This document shows positions 14,485-45,617 of a DNA stretch of 64,000 nucleotides, one piece after another; positions within the stretch are counted from its first letter, which is position 1; each line of letters opens with the position of its first letter. The stretch comes from Paraspadella gotoi. Taxonomy: Eukaryota > Animalia > Chaetognatha. The stretch lies in NCBI GenBank assembly GCA_051294375.1, contig CM119270.1, positions 9,487,530 through 9,551,529 of the forward strand, written 5' to 3'. Below the pieces are notes generated by a model that was not told where the DNA came from, ran no database searches, and saw nothing but the letters and a program-made list of their open reading frames with translations. Both the position numbers and the translations under genes were made by a program.

Positions 14485-15096
14485 ATGATTTTTGAAAAAA
14501 ATGACTATGGCATTGGGTCTGGACAACTACAAGTTGACTCATGCCCTTTCGAAAGAGTGACCGCCTGGAAATATTTGGGATTTAATTTAAGATCAGAAAT
14601 CAAATTTGAATTTGATGCAACTCCAGAATTAATGTCTTTTTACAAGTCCTCAAATTGTATTTTTAGCTTTTTACAAAACCCGATGAGCCAGTTCTCATGC
14701 AATTATTTTACACTAATTGTGTATCAATATTAAGATATGGTTGCGAAGTAAAACAATTTCGGTACAAATATATTTATCAATTAAATGTGGCCATCAACAA
14801 TGGCATTCGTAAAATATTTGGGTGGAACAGATGGGAAAGTGTCCGCCAATTGAGAGAATGTTTTTGTTACCCTGATATTTATACGATTTTTCAAAGCAGT
14901 CATGAACGATTAACAAAGAAATTAGTTTTAACGGAAAATAATGTGCTAATTTATTTGTATAATAACTTTGAAATACTCTTATAGAGTATCATTACTGTTA
15001 ACGTTTGTTTTCGTTTTAATTTTCTGTTTGGGGAGGGTTAGACTTCATTTAATTGTATCAAATTTAACTGTATCAAATTCTTGATATGAAATAAAC

Positions 15097-15128
<32 letters not shown>
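14485..15128 (+). mobile_element. 5'-truncated, frameshifted non-LTR retrotransposon (LINE) 3' end: RT C-terminus/thumb, 3'UTR and (TA)n tail
   Basis: ORFs 14485 and 14697 give WKYLG, LxYGCE and NNGIRKIFGWNRWESV, typical of the post-RT region of RTE-X/L2-like LINEs. AATAAA is followed by an (AT)n tail. Confidence 0.8.
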
Positions 15129-15133
<5 letters not shown>

Positions 15134-15261
15134 AATTATATATTATAAAAAAATAAAAATGAAGGACCACGACATAGATAAGGAGGGTAGACGTTAAACG
15201 CGTGTGCGGAGGACGAGATGGGAAAGGGAGGAGAGACTCGCGCTGAGCGACGACCGGGACA

Positions 15262-15295
<34 letters not shown>

Positions 15296-16479
15296 AATAG
15301 ATGGTCACAAGGTTACATTGGGGAGGCAGTGACAACTTTTGCCTGCGTGGGAGGCAAGGACGAGGAGGAAAACGACGACGACGACGACGACGAAACGAAA
15401 AGTTGTCGTCGATGTCGTTCTTAAATACGATGTCTGTTCTGTTCCCTGTTATGCAATGTCGTCGCTTTTGCTCAGTTAGTTTTCGTCAACTTTTAGCAAC
15501 TTTACTGTTCATTTCTGTGGTTTCTGTGGTTTAATTAGTTCGGTGGTTGATTAGACAGACGATGACGATGACGATGATCACGACGACCTCGACTCAAAGG
15601 AGTCATTTAGTTTTTGAACTAATTTAAAGTACTAGAGCGTGTTAAACATACCCCTTTATAATCAAATGTCGAATAATTTGTTTATACACTCCATGGACTC
15701 AGTAAAAGTAATTTTTAACGAGTCAGAAAAGCAAAACAAAGACCGACAACAGTTTTAAAAAAACCCCGTACGACGCATATTTACGTCGACAGGCGGTTTG
15801 ACTAAAAAAGATGAAAGGTTCGCTGAACCCGTTGTAAATTCTTAGCGGATTGCTCCAAAAATTGTTATTAAACCTATTTTTTTCTCAATACTTTTCAAGT
15901 CGGATAAAAATAATCCATAATTTATAGTAAGAGAAAAAAAAACAGAGAGCAGATTTCTTTCTTAATCTCTAAGCGTTTTTAGTGTTTTGATTCAATACGA
16001 TATTCCTTCACTCTCTCTCTCCCTCTCTCTCTCCCTCTCTCTCTCTCTCTATCTCTCTCTCTCCCTCTATCTCTCTCTCTCTCTCTCCCTCTCTCTCTCC
16101 GTTATTTATTGTTAAGCTAGTAAATTTTTCCTCTTTACATAAAAAATGCGACTCAATTTAAATTTGTAATTGGGCAACTGACTCACGCGTCAAAACGATT
16201 TTGTTTTTTTGGCAAGATTCATAAGCCGTTTTAAAGTTGCGATCAAAGGGATACCATGTCTTCAAAAACTGTAAACCGTAACAACTTCCCGACACACAAA
16301 ATTCCTTCCCCTTCCTCCACCACCTTTTCTCTTCCTTCTCTCTTTATTTGTTTTCAATTCTTCCAAGATTAAGAGAGAGACAATAACAAAATCTTCTCCC
16401 GCGATTCGCAGGTCGGGTCTCTATCCAAGATCATTGAGATTTAGCTTGAGGTTCCCAAATCTCTTTTTATTATATATTA

Positions 16480-16502
16480 TATATTATTATTATTATTATT
16501 AA

Positions 16503-16567
<65 letters not shown>

Positions 16568-16613
16568 GTTATTAAGTTATTAAGTTACTCAGTATTAATA
16601 TTATTATTATTAG

Positions 16614-16645
<32 letters not shown>

Positions 16646-16652
16646 TTATTAT
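16480..16652. repeat. (TAT)n microsatellite
   Basis: Seen directly. Confidence 0.95.
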
Positions 16653-17858
16653 ATTTCGCTCCAGCTTCGTCTTCATCGTCAGACTTATCAGGCGCGCAAA
16701 TCATTTCGCGATCGAATCGCGTTGAGACGATGTCGTTATCTTTAAACAAACGATTAGTTATCGTATCGGGAACGATGTCTTTTTCTCACATCATCCCTTT
16801 CTAAAGCTTGGGTCGTCGTCGTCGTCGTCGTCGTCGTTTTTCTCCATATTTTATCCCTTCTTCGTCGCTGTCTTCGTTGTCGTCGACATTTCAAACTTTC
16901 AATCATCGCCTTTTACTTATATTCGCACATGTGTAATCGAAATTAATCGCTTACCGACTCTTCATAAATCTTATTCCTTACACCTTTTTTCTTTTTTCCT
17001 TTGATAAACTTACCATCTTTTGAGGGGGGGGGGAATAACGACCTATAAAAAAAGCTGTTATTCATCACTATAGGCGGTTTTAACTTTCCAAAACAAAAAG
17101 ATAACCTCCGCTTTTGTTTTAATTTTTTTGTTTTTTATCTCGGTAACTGAAACATCCAGAATAACAACAACAAGGATCTGCAACAACGCCTACGCTGGGA
17201 TGCTCTATCTCCACCGTAACCCTCGACTCCTCAAACCTCCCACCGACCCTCGTTGACGATCCTCTTGAGTTTGTCTTCAACCCCCCCCCCAACACCCTGT
17301 CAATTGGCCGACCCCCTGACTTCCCCCTTTTTTCTTTCTTTGCCTTTCTAACTGGATCGAGTCAGTGGGTCGTGAGAGTCAAAGAGTCACGACGTCGTCG
17401 TTGTTATCTTCGTTGTCGTTGTCGTTGGCGTCATAGTCGAGTATATATAGACCTGAGCGCGGAAGCATTCTTCATTCGCTCGTCAGTTTGTTTCAATGAT
17501 TTTGAAAATAACGATCGTCGTTAAAATCGCATTCGTAAATTTTGATTACATCATAATCACGAGCTGTATTTGAAGGTATAATTGCGCTGAATGCGAATCA
17601 TAGTCGTTCAATGTACATATAACTAGTTTTAAAAAAGGGTTCGTCTCTATCATTTCTATTCATTTTAACACGCGATAAAGTTTATTATCTACATCATCAA
17701 CATCGTCGTTGTAGTCTGGTCGTCGTCGTGGTGGTAATTCTCATGTCCAGGTGCCTAGATCTTAATAGATCTGACATCAAGCTCTCTCTCTCTGTCTCTC
17801 TGTCTCTCTCTCTCTCTCTTCTCCTCATCTTCTCTCTCTCCTCCTCGTCATCTCTCTC

Positions 17859-17904
<46 letters not shown>

Positions 17905-18122
17905 ATTTATCTCTCTTAGTAGCATCTAAGTAAATGGACCGATACATGTAAAATTGTGAATTTTATATCTATACTTGCAAAGTAGATTTCTTAAACGGCG
18001 AGAAAACATTAAGGTTTTTGAATTTTGAGTACTTACCTTTTTTTAATTTTACCTTTTTTTCGAGCATTTTTCTAACGAAGCAATCCAATCACCTTCCTTT
18101 CTTTCGCTCGCGTTAAACTCAC

Positions 18123-18201
<79 letters not shown>

Positions 18202-18594
18202 CCAGGTTTTATCCAATCGGTAACTATCAAAGTTAATTGTTCGCGTTACGCCGGCGATCTTCGTTTCTAAAAACCCATGCTCACCTCATTGTGCTGTTTC
18301 GGGAGACTGGGGATATCGCTGACGATCACAACGACTGCGATGATGTCGATCACGACGTCGCTGTTGATGACGACAACGATTATAATGACTGCCTCGATTT
18401 TACCGGTGAATCAATCGACTCATAGTGAAACAAAGAACGGATTATATTCAGCCCGAATTTAACTTTCAGTTTTTAATATTCAATTCCTCGTCTTTTGTCT
18501 TTGGAAATTTGTCTCGCTTTATTTATTTTTTTTTTTTGGACTTTCTTTTTCCCTTTGTCTTTTTTCCTTTGGTTTTTTTAAAATTTTTATCTCT

Positions 18595-18646
<52 letters not shown>

Positions 18647-19286
18647 CCCTCTTTCGCAATTATTGGGTGTTATCTCCGATATTTTTCCTAATTTCAATTC
18701 CCTCAGCGCACCGAATATTAAAAAAAAAGTTTGAACATTTCCCATCTCGATATTTTTCCGACGCGTTTGTTATTGTTGTCCGTTTAATTTGACAGCGAAT
18801 CCAACAATCGTCAAAAAACGAGCGGAAATAAATATTAAACTAAAATTCGTTTCGATGAACAAACAAAATAAAAATTCAACGAACTCTTTCCCTTCGCCGG
18901 ATTCTCGATGAATTTTCAATCTCATTTTCGCTGCTGCTGACTCCTTTTCCAATTTTCTTTAAACATGCGTTGATCATTTTTTTGTTTTTAGTCGGTCATT
19001 TTTAAGAAGGAAATATTTAATACGAATTGTAATATAAAATATAATAAAGATGTCTGCTAATGAGCGACTAAATATTGTTCTATGAAATTTGAATTTAAAA
19101 ATATTTCGATTCTCCCTTGGTTTCCTGTTTTTTATCATCGTTGTCATATTTCACCGTCGGCTATACCTCCCTCCTCCTTCATTTCCTCCTTCCTCTCCCC
19201 CTTATTTTTCACAGGGAGGAGGCAGAGACGGGGACTCGTAAACATTCCATCGACGCCGCGTCCCCTCGTCGTGGCATCGAGACCTC

Positions 19287-36614
<17,328 letters not shown>

Positions 36615-36808
36615 GTGAGTTTGATGCGGGTTGGTGGGGGCGGTTGGGTAAGGTTTTGGGTCAAATGCGACATTGTTTGGTTTGAGGAAAAGTTAAAGTT
36701 TTTTTTTATAGTTTTTTATGAGTTGTCGCGATTCGCATTTTGTACATCTTCAGCGGGTATTAGTATTAATGTAGCAATTTTATAAATTTAAATTAACTGT
36801 CAAACAAG

Positions 36809-36901
<93 letters not shown>

Positions 36902-37023
36902 AGAAAGAGAGAGTGGTATTGACGTCCTTTTCTTTGGTTTATGAAGGTTATAGATGTAGTTAGCGCCACCGTTATCGGGATATAAAGGTGTACATCTATC
37001 TCTCTTTCTCTCCCTTTCTCTCT

Positions 37024-37112
<89 letters not shown>

Positions 37113-37393
37113 ATCTCCCTCTCTCTCTCACACACGTCGCGAGAGAGTGAGTGACTATTTGCCTTTTAGTTTCACGACATATCCCTCCCGACGGAACTAA
37201 TGGAAGGAAAAGGGAAAAAAAGCCGTCGCTCTCATTGTCACTCTCGTCGTCGTTGTCAGGGTTGTTGTCACTTTTAATTCGTTTTTGTTGTCATCCTCGC
37301 TGTCATTTATCCTTTTCTTATCCTATTAATTTCTCTTATAAAATGTCTTCATATATTTATGACCGAAATTCTTTCTCGACCAATCGAACCATA

Positions 37394-37476
37394 GACTTGA
37401 CTTGACTTGACTTGACTTGACTTGACTTGACTTGACTTGACTTGACTTGACTTGACTTGACTTGACTTGACTTGAC
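37394..37476. repeat. (GACTT)n pentanucleotide repeat
   Basis: Seen directly. Confidence 0.97.
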
Positions 37477-39134
37477 ATTCGTCCAACAAGGGACGTTGTC
37501 ATCGTCATCGTCATCGTCCTCACCTTATTCTTCTACATTATCTTTCTTATCGTAAGTCCCTTGTTCCTGGAAATTAGTCGCTCCGCCCCCCTGCCCTCCC
37601 AACCGCCCGCCCCTTTCTTGCCGGCAAAGAGCCCTGTGAAATATCGAGACGCAGTAGCAGTGATTGCTTCATTTAACAACAGAACGACTCCCTGTCTCGA
37701 ACAGTTTCTTGTTCTAATTCCGTGAATAATCGTTTAGTCCAAGTTTCAAAAATAAGCGCGTTTCTCCTACTTTTTCACCGGAAAGTTTATGAGGGTAAAA
37801 GTGTGCAATTTAACGTACAGAAGTATAACCGAAATGAAATTTTATATCTACCTTCTTATGGGAGATATTTACGTTTCCCTACTGCGCCCTCTTGAAAACT
37901 AAAAATATTTTTCACAAAATGAGCTTCATTGGTAATTCAGGAAAAGTCTCCGCGGTTATTTGGAACAACTCGGAAACCTATTTCTCACTCTCTTTTAAAA
38001 AGTCTTTGAAACTGTTAAATCTCTAGGTTTTTACGTATTAAGTTACTATTACTTTGTTACCGTACATTGAACGTAGTATTTAGGAGAAAGTTTAGTTAAA
38101 CGACTTTTTAAAAAACTAAAGGCTAAAGACAATCTGAAAATTTCTTGTTCCGTATTTGAGCACCTCATTTGCCTTCAATCCCGTTTAATTAAGTCTATCG
38201 TTAAAAATTCCATTTTTTATTCTTTTTTTCACGTTTTCATTAAGTTTTATTACTTTTTTAACCGCTAGATGTTTCCGTTTTTGACTTATGTTCTTTTCTT
38301 TTCATTTCTTAATTTTATCGCCTTTCCCCCCATTTCTTTTTTTTTTGGCGGTTGATGAATTCATTTGCCTAATCAATATTACCCCCGCTCATCCAAAGTT
38401 CTTACTTACCTCATCCTCACCCATTTCTCGCAATATTGTAAGTTTCCCATTGTTCTCCCCCTTCCCAGCCTACATTTTCCCTCCACTTCGCAAAATCCCC
38501 GCTTCTCCGCTTGCCGACCCTCCTGTGTTCCTCTCTTTCGCTTTCCGCTCTATTTAACTTTCCAGACACGGGATTTACTGATATCCTTATGAATCCTTAC
38601 CCGCCTTTCTCTCCAACCTCACCCAAAACTCCTACCTTCGCCTCTTTTATTTTCTTTTCTAGCATCTTAACTTTCCTTTCCTCCTAACCTTACTCAATTT
38701 TCTTTTCTCCAAAGCCTCGTCTAAACATTTCCCCCTTCCTTCCTTCCTTCCTTCCTTCCTTCCTTCCTTCCTTCCTTCCTTCCTTCCTTCCTTCCTTTTT
38801 CTATAGACAAAAAACCTTTTTTTCTCTTTTATGCTCATAATAGTCTCCATTTTCTTCAAAATTTCCTACCTTCTCTTTCCTCTCAAACCTGAACAATTTC
38901 TTCCCTCATTTTCTTTTCTCTCCTTTTTCTCCTTTCTACATGTCTCCCTTTCCTTTCCTCCCACCTTCATCTCTTTCCTTTTTTTAATCGCTGGTGAAGA
39001 ATCCCCTCGGATTTTTGCTCATTTATTTTCTCATTGTGGGAAAAAACGATTTTTATGATGGTCGTCCCTTTTTCGGGTCGTCTTCGTCGTCGTCGTCGTT
39101 GTCGTCGTCAATGTCTTTGTCCCACTCAACCCAG

Positions 39135-39234
39135 AGGAAGTAAAACCTTTTCTACAATTACGCGGAGAGAAAGGATTCGAATTTAAAAAAACAAGTTTTA
39201 GCAAACAATGTCGGATCTGCCCACGATCATTGAG
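39135..39234 (+). other. Orphan exon-like segment; ATG at 39208 gives MSDLPTIIE up to the donor
   Basis: cccag acceptor, GAG|GTAATT donor, aaacaATG context. It is not in frame with NCX exon 14. Confidence 0.3.
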
Positions 39235-39599
39235 GTAATTAATTAATTAATTAAAGTTTTATTGTTTTTAGGTATTTTCATCACTGACCACGACAAAAGC
39301 AATGACGACAATGATGGCGACGACGACAATAATGCCGATAACGATTGACTTAATTGATTGATTGATTGATGAAATAATTAATTAATTGATAAATAATTTG
39401 ATTGATTGAATAACTAATTAATAGATAAATAAATTGATTGATTGAATAATTAATTGATTAATTATTGATTGATTAATTCATTATTGATTAATTAATTGAT
39501 TAATTAACTGATTAATTATTTGATTCAATAATTTACATTTAACATAAAAGAAAAAAAAGCATAATCAATTAGTGAAACAGGTTTTTTTTTCCATTTAAA

Positions 39600-40047
39600 C
39601 TAATTTCCACTCAGACGATTCCATCGAAACTTGATTTTCAGCTTAAACACAAATTTTCCTACGCACATACAAAATTTCAAGTCACTCGCCCCATCCACTC
39701 TTGAGTAATTGGCGTTCAAATAGTGAAATTTTTTTTTACATTTCAACTCATTTTCGCTCGCACAATTATATCTCAACTTCATATCCAGCTAAATCACACA
39801 CTTCCCTATCCACACAAAAAATTTCATTACAATTCATCCATCCAATCACGAGTAATTGTAGTTTTTTGCTAAGGAGGGATGGACGGACAGACAGACGGAC
39901 GGACATCATTTTTTTGCATATTTTATTATAATTCGATGTTCTGACATGATATAAGTGAATGCCCGACAAGATTCAGGGGGCAGACCGACAAACTGACAAA
40001 GTGAATTATAGAGTCGAGATCTGCTAATAAACATATCCGACTAAAAA
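39600..40047 (-). mobile_element. Helentron-associated (HINE/DINE-1-like) non-autonomous element
   Basis: The minus strand begins TTTTTAGTCG...CGACTCTATA. It has a GGAC/AGAC microsatellite and two internal AAATTTCA...ATCCA...GAGTAATTG subrepeats. Confidence 0.65.
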
Positions 40048-41119
40048 CTGTTCTCTCTCTCTATTTGTTTCTCTCTCTCTCTATCTCTCTCTCTCTCTCT
40101 TTAGAATTTTCGAATTTTAAAATAGTTTTAAAGCTATATGACGTGACGCAGAACGAAATTAACTTTTTAGCTTTGTTAGGAGAGTTCATTCTTGTAATCC
40201 TAGACATTGAGTAATAAAAATCCCCAATGATTTTGTATATTAAGAATCAACTAAATACTAGTACGTGCTTGATGCTTTTCATCTTATTTTATAATTGTTT
40301 CAAGTTTCGTAAACGTTTTTTCCAACCGTCTCGCAGTTGCCCGTCTCTTTAAATTATTTATGTAAATGAATGGAAAATGTTTTCTCTCTTTTTTTTTGCT
40401 ATCTCTCGTTCTTTCTGTTCCATATTTATCTTTCCAGTTTCTCTTCTTCTCTCTCTCTCTCTCTCTCTCTCATTCTCTCTCCTCTCCTCTCTCTCCTCTC
40501 TCTCTCTCTCTCATCTCTACTCTCTTTTCTTTCTCTCTCTCTCTCTCTCTGTTAGTTTTTCTATTACATTCTTTTCCCTACGCCAACGCTTTTTAACTCC
40601 CACTCACTCTTATCATTGACTCTCTCGCTCTCATTTTTTCTCCTTGAGACCAGGCTTTTCCAGATCAGAATTGAATCCTTTTCCAGTCGAAAAAAACTCT
40701 TTTTCTTTTCTTTTCTTTTCTTTTCTTTTCTTTTCTTTTCTTTTCTTTTCTTTTCTTTTCTTTTCTTTTCTTTTCTTTTCTTTTCTTCTTTTTTTTTCTT
40801 TTTTTCTTTTTTTCTTTTTCTTTCTTTCTTTCTTTCTTTTTTTTTCTTTTTTTATCTTCTCTTTTCTTACGATCTTTATAATTTTATTTCTTTATTTCTC
40901 ATTTCATCAGCTTTTTTTTTCACTCCGTTTCACTCATGAGCTTGTCATATTTCATGTAAATTTCATTTGCCCAAAGTTTGCCACGCCCACTTAGATATCG
41001 CCGCTTTTATATTGCGCTTCGATTTCTGAACATCCTCGGGAACGCGGCTCGCACCGTGTTCGCGCACGTTCCGACTCCTGAGACAGAAACTCTTCTTGTG
41101 CGGCGAGGTCCCTATTACC

Positions 41120-41272
41120 GGTTCGGCACGTGTACTCCGGCACGATTTCCGGCGTGCCATGATTATCGGCACGAGTTCAGTTATGCATCTATAACCATCG
41201 CGAGTTCCGGAATGCCCCGATTACCGGCACGACTTCCGGCCTTGCCCCGATTAACGGCACGAGTTCCGGCAC
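41120..41272. repeat. Degenerate ~30-bp GC-rich tandem repeat (GCCCCGATTACCGGCACGAGTTCCG)
   Basis: About 5 diverged units seen. Confidence 0.7.
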
Positions 41273-42613
41273 GTTCAAGAGGTCGCGCCGCAACTAAAAG
41301 GTTCGCCTTTCGAGGTCGGGCCTTCGGAGGTCGAGGTCAACGAGCGCCGTGATTGATGACCCGTGACTTCGACCGCGCCTCCGAAACTCCGGGGAACTAT
41401 TTACCTTTTTTTTATTCGCCTACAGGGTGGTCTTCTTTTATTTTCGGAATATATATGTATATGTTTGCGTTGTGAGAGTTCGTGATGTGAGGATATTGAA
41501 ATTAGAACATAGAAGAACTTTGTTCCTTTTGCGAAGATCCTTTGGTTCTTTGAGTATTGTTCAACTCTTCGATTGAATAAAAATATTATATGTAGTCCGG
41601 CTACAAGTAGCTAAGTATTTTTTGAAAAAAAAGGAGACGTTTCTCGACTTGGAACTTTTCGAATTTAACGACACTATAATAAGAAAGCGACATTTAACAG
41701 TTTACGTATTAAATTTAATTAAAAATTAAATTAAAAATATACATTATCAATACTTTAAAATAATCTTACAATCCATCGTATAATCTATAATAAAAACATT
41801 TACAATTGTAGTCCACACAAATAACATAAATAACAAAACTGGCGAAAGAGAAAGTCTAAAGCCCTCCACCAGACGTAAGCAGTCTGAACACAAACGTGTG
41901 ATTAATGGACGAGTCGTCCAGCACGGGATAAATCTAATCCGTTCTTCGTCCCTCGAAAACTCTTGGAACTAATGTGGGCGGAATTGTTCTTCACTAGGAA
42001 TTAAAAAACTCTAAACACGGTCGGCGCTTTTCGTTCAAAGGAAGTCTGTTCTGTGTTTCTGTCTCTCTTTTTGTCTGTTCGCGGCAAAAAACATGATGTA
42101 AAACCGACAAAGAAAATAGTTTTAGTTAAAAATAAAAGGTCTGGGGCAACTAGCGTCTTTCCGAGGATATGAAAATTGTTTCAGTTATTACAAAATGCTA
42201 CATTAACATATTTTCTTTATTTCCCGATTTAATAAATATATTTATTTTTTTATCTCTCAATAACATTATTAACTATGTTTTTAATTTGTTTTCATAATTT
42301 CTTTCCCTCTTGCAGATTTTCTCCTTTTTTCTTTTCTTCTTCAAAATTCCTTCCGCTTTTCATTTACTTTTCGTTATTAGACTAATTCTTTCTTTATTTC
42401 TTATCTTCCTAACGACTTCCCTTTTTTCTTTCTTCCATTTCCCTGTCGTTCCTCATCTCTTCTCATTTTTCAATCGCTCACCCGCTCGAGACCCACCTCC
42501 AGACCCACCTCCCACTGTACACCCATTCGAGACCCTCCTCACTCCTCACTAACCCAGTAAATATCCTACCTCCTCTCTTCCTCAATCCACCATCGAACGT
42601 GCCTGTACGTACA

Positions 42614-42701
42614 TACTATTTCCCATTTACTATTTCCCATTTACTATTTCCCATTTACTATTTCCCATTTACTATTTCCCATTTACTATTTCCCATTTAC
42701 T
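42614..42701. repeat. 14-bp minisatellite (TACTATTTCCCATT) x about 6
   Basis: Seen directly. Confidence 0.93.
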
Positions 42702-43192
42702 ACCTTCTGACTCGAAATTGGAAATCTTTACCCAGGAGACTATCTTACTCGACCAGCACCTGCCTTCCTCTTCCACCAGCCTCCCTCTTCCACCACGTAT
42801 CTCTGATTCTATCTCTTGATCTTTTGTTCACCTCGCGGGTATTTTCGGGCGTCTGCCTCATTACTCTTCCTTCCGGCGGCGGCGCTGGTGGGGCCACTGT
42901 AACCGTGGCGACGTGGCGTCTGTTCTCGACTATCTAATATTTATATCGCCTCTCCGGGTTTAACAAAACTGTGAATTCTCAGGTTAATGTCTTTTGGCGA
43001 ATTGGTCGTAGATATTTGTAATTTTAAAGACGGAAGGGGAATTATTCATTTACGTCAAGCAGCTTTGACGCCGCACATGGATGACGACAAAAGAGGAAAC
43101 AAAAGAAGAAAAGAAGTGGAATAAATTAAACGTGAATCAACAGTCACGCCACTTAAAATTTCACTTGAAAGTTGAAAAGCCGGAAAAGCCGA

Positions 43193-43312
<120 letters not shown>

Positions 43313-44961
43313 ATGCACAAAAGAAACAGACAGAGACAGAGAGGAGAATCAAACCCAATCAAATATTCTCAGCAAATAAAAACAGACACAAACAAACTTT
43401 TTTTCGATTTGGTTTTTTTTTTTCCTTTTTTCTTTCTTTTTTTCACCTCCTCTCATTGATTTCTTTCTTTCTCTTCACATTCTCTCTTCCTCTATTATCT
43501 TTCTTTTTCAGTTTCTTGTGAAAATTTACAATTCACTCCGACTTTGATTTCAGTCACGCGGAATCGTGATTGCCTTCACATTCCGCTTTCATACGCTCTC
43601 TTCATACTCTGCGTTTCCCGCCTGACAATTTTTTAGATCCGCCAGGCGGCGGAATCTCAATTCCCGAAAAAAAAGATTAGAAAATATGAGTAGAATTGTA
43701 AAATTTATGGTTAAAAAGCTGAAGGGAAAAAAGGAATAAAAAGCTGAGAGAAAAGAAACGGAAAATGGTATAAAATTGAATGAAAGTGGGCGTGATTGAA
43801 AGAGAGAAGAAAGTTTAAAAACCCGACTGAACTGTGTAGAAAGATGCACTTTTTTAAATGACTATTGTATACATATCCATTAATTTTAAAATCAGTATAA
43901 TTTGAAACCAAACTTCTTGATGATCTAATTAAGTTCCCACTCTCCCAAGCCCTCTACTTTATCGAATTGAGATTTTTATGCAATAAAATGTTTGTTTGTT
44001 TACAATTGTTCACAAAATAATTCATTCGTACTCCTTACCCAATGCCCATATCCTCCCCCCGAACTTTGACTGTTCTCTCTTCTCCCCCCCCCCAACTCAG
44101 CTTGTTTTACCCAAGATTATAGAGCATCGTGGTCGATGCTCCAAGTTTTTTCTTGATATTTATTGATCGTATTTTAGGAAGAGAAAACCACGCTCGATAT
44201 TATTTTTAAGGGAAAATTCAAGATATTGAATAAAGAATATGGCGTCGATATACATTCGCTTATATAGACTGAAATATACTATATAGACTTATATATTCAC
44301 TAGTGACTGAGAAGATAAAGAATTTTAATATAAATATGAATTCGAGATAACTTGATTTCCTGCAGTTTAAAAAGTAAAACATTTTTGGGAAGTAAAATCT
44401 CTACAAAAGACAATAACCTAAACACAAAAGCCTTAACGCTTCCTTATCGCTTCTCCGAACTCCCTTTAAAAACTCCCGCAACGACCTTCTATCACAACTC
44501 CCTTACATAATTCCTCATCACAACTCTCACCGACTCGGGATGATTTACGCTCGACGAGACGCTACTTTCTCGCCGATTTTGCGTCTCGGGGCCAAAACGC
44601 CGGAAGGAATATGGAAATAAAACGGAAAAGTAAAAACTCGAGAAAAGGAAAAAGGAAGGAAAAGTGAGGAAAAGAAAAAAAAGAAAGAAAAAAAAAAGGA
44701 AAAATAACTGGGCGGGAAAACTCATTATGCAAATTATATCCGTACGAAATTCCGAAAGAAATCTGTCGACGTTGAGGATTTCGCATCGAATTAAAAGTCG
44801 CGCGAAATTCAAATCCCGATTTAAATAATCCCGCGCTATTTTCGTTGAACTAGTAGGTTTTTTTCTTTTACAGATTTTTCGTTGTAATTTTCTCTCTTCG
44901 CCTGAGCGATGTTCGCTCTTTTGTTTGAAGATTAGTGATAATTTAGAGCGCTAGTCTCAGA

Positions 44962-45001
<40 letters not shown>

Positions 45002-45010
45002 CAGATGTGT

Positions 45011-45050
<40 letters not shown>

Positions 45051-45510
45051 CTTCTACTCTCTCTCTTCTCTCTCTCTCTCTCTCTCTTGCCCTTTCTCTC
45101 TCGTCTCTTCACTCTCTCCCTCTCTCTCGCCTCTTTCTTTTTTGTCTCGAAGCCATTTGAATTGCAAACCGGAGTCCCAGTGGGACACTTATAGTTCCAA
45201 TCGAAATCCGCTCTACCAATTCCTCCCTGATTTCCCGTTTCCTGGTTTCCATCCTTCTCCGCGCGCCATACACATCTTATCTCTCTCTCTCTCTCCTCTC
45301 TCTTCTCTCTCTCCTCTCTCTCTCTCTCTATCTCTCTCTCCTCTCTCTCCTCTCTCTCTCTTACTCTCACCCCGTCCCGACCCGTAATACTTTTCATTTC
45401 TCCGCCCGTTTTTTTTTCTTTTTCTTTCATCTTTATTCTTTTCTTTTTCTGTGTCTGTTTCTTTTTTATCTCTGCACTTTATTTCGACATCTTATTGTTT
45501 TCTGGAACAG

Positions 45511-45542
<32 letters not shown>

Positions 45543-45617
45543 TGAGAGAAGAGAGAGACGAGAATGAGAGGAGAAGCAGAGAGAGAGAGAGAGAGGAGAC
45601 GAGAGAAAACACGAACC

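Noticed and set aside
37590-37725. Possible next NCX exon after CCCAACCGCCC, which is complementary to the exon 14 donor flank
   Set aside because: The nearby AG acceptors I tested give early stops in phase 2 and no CBD2 similarity.
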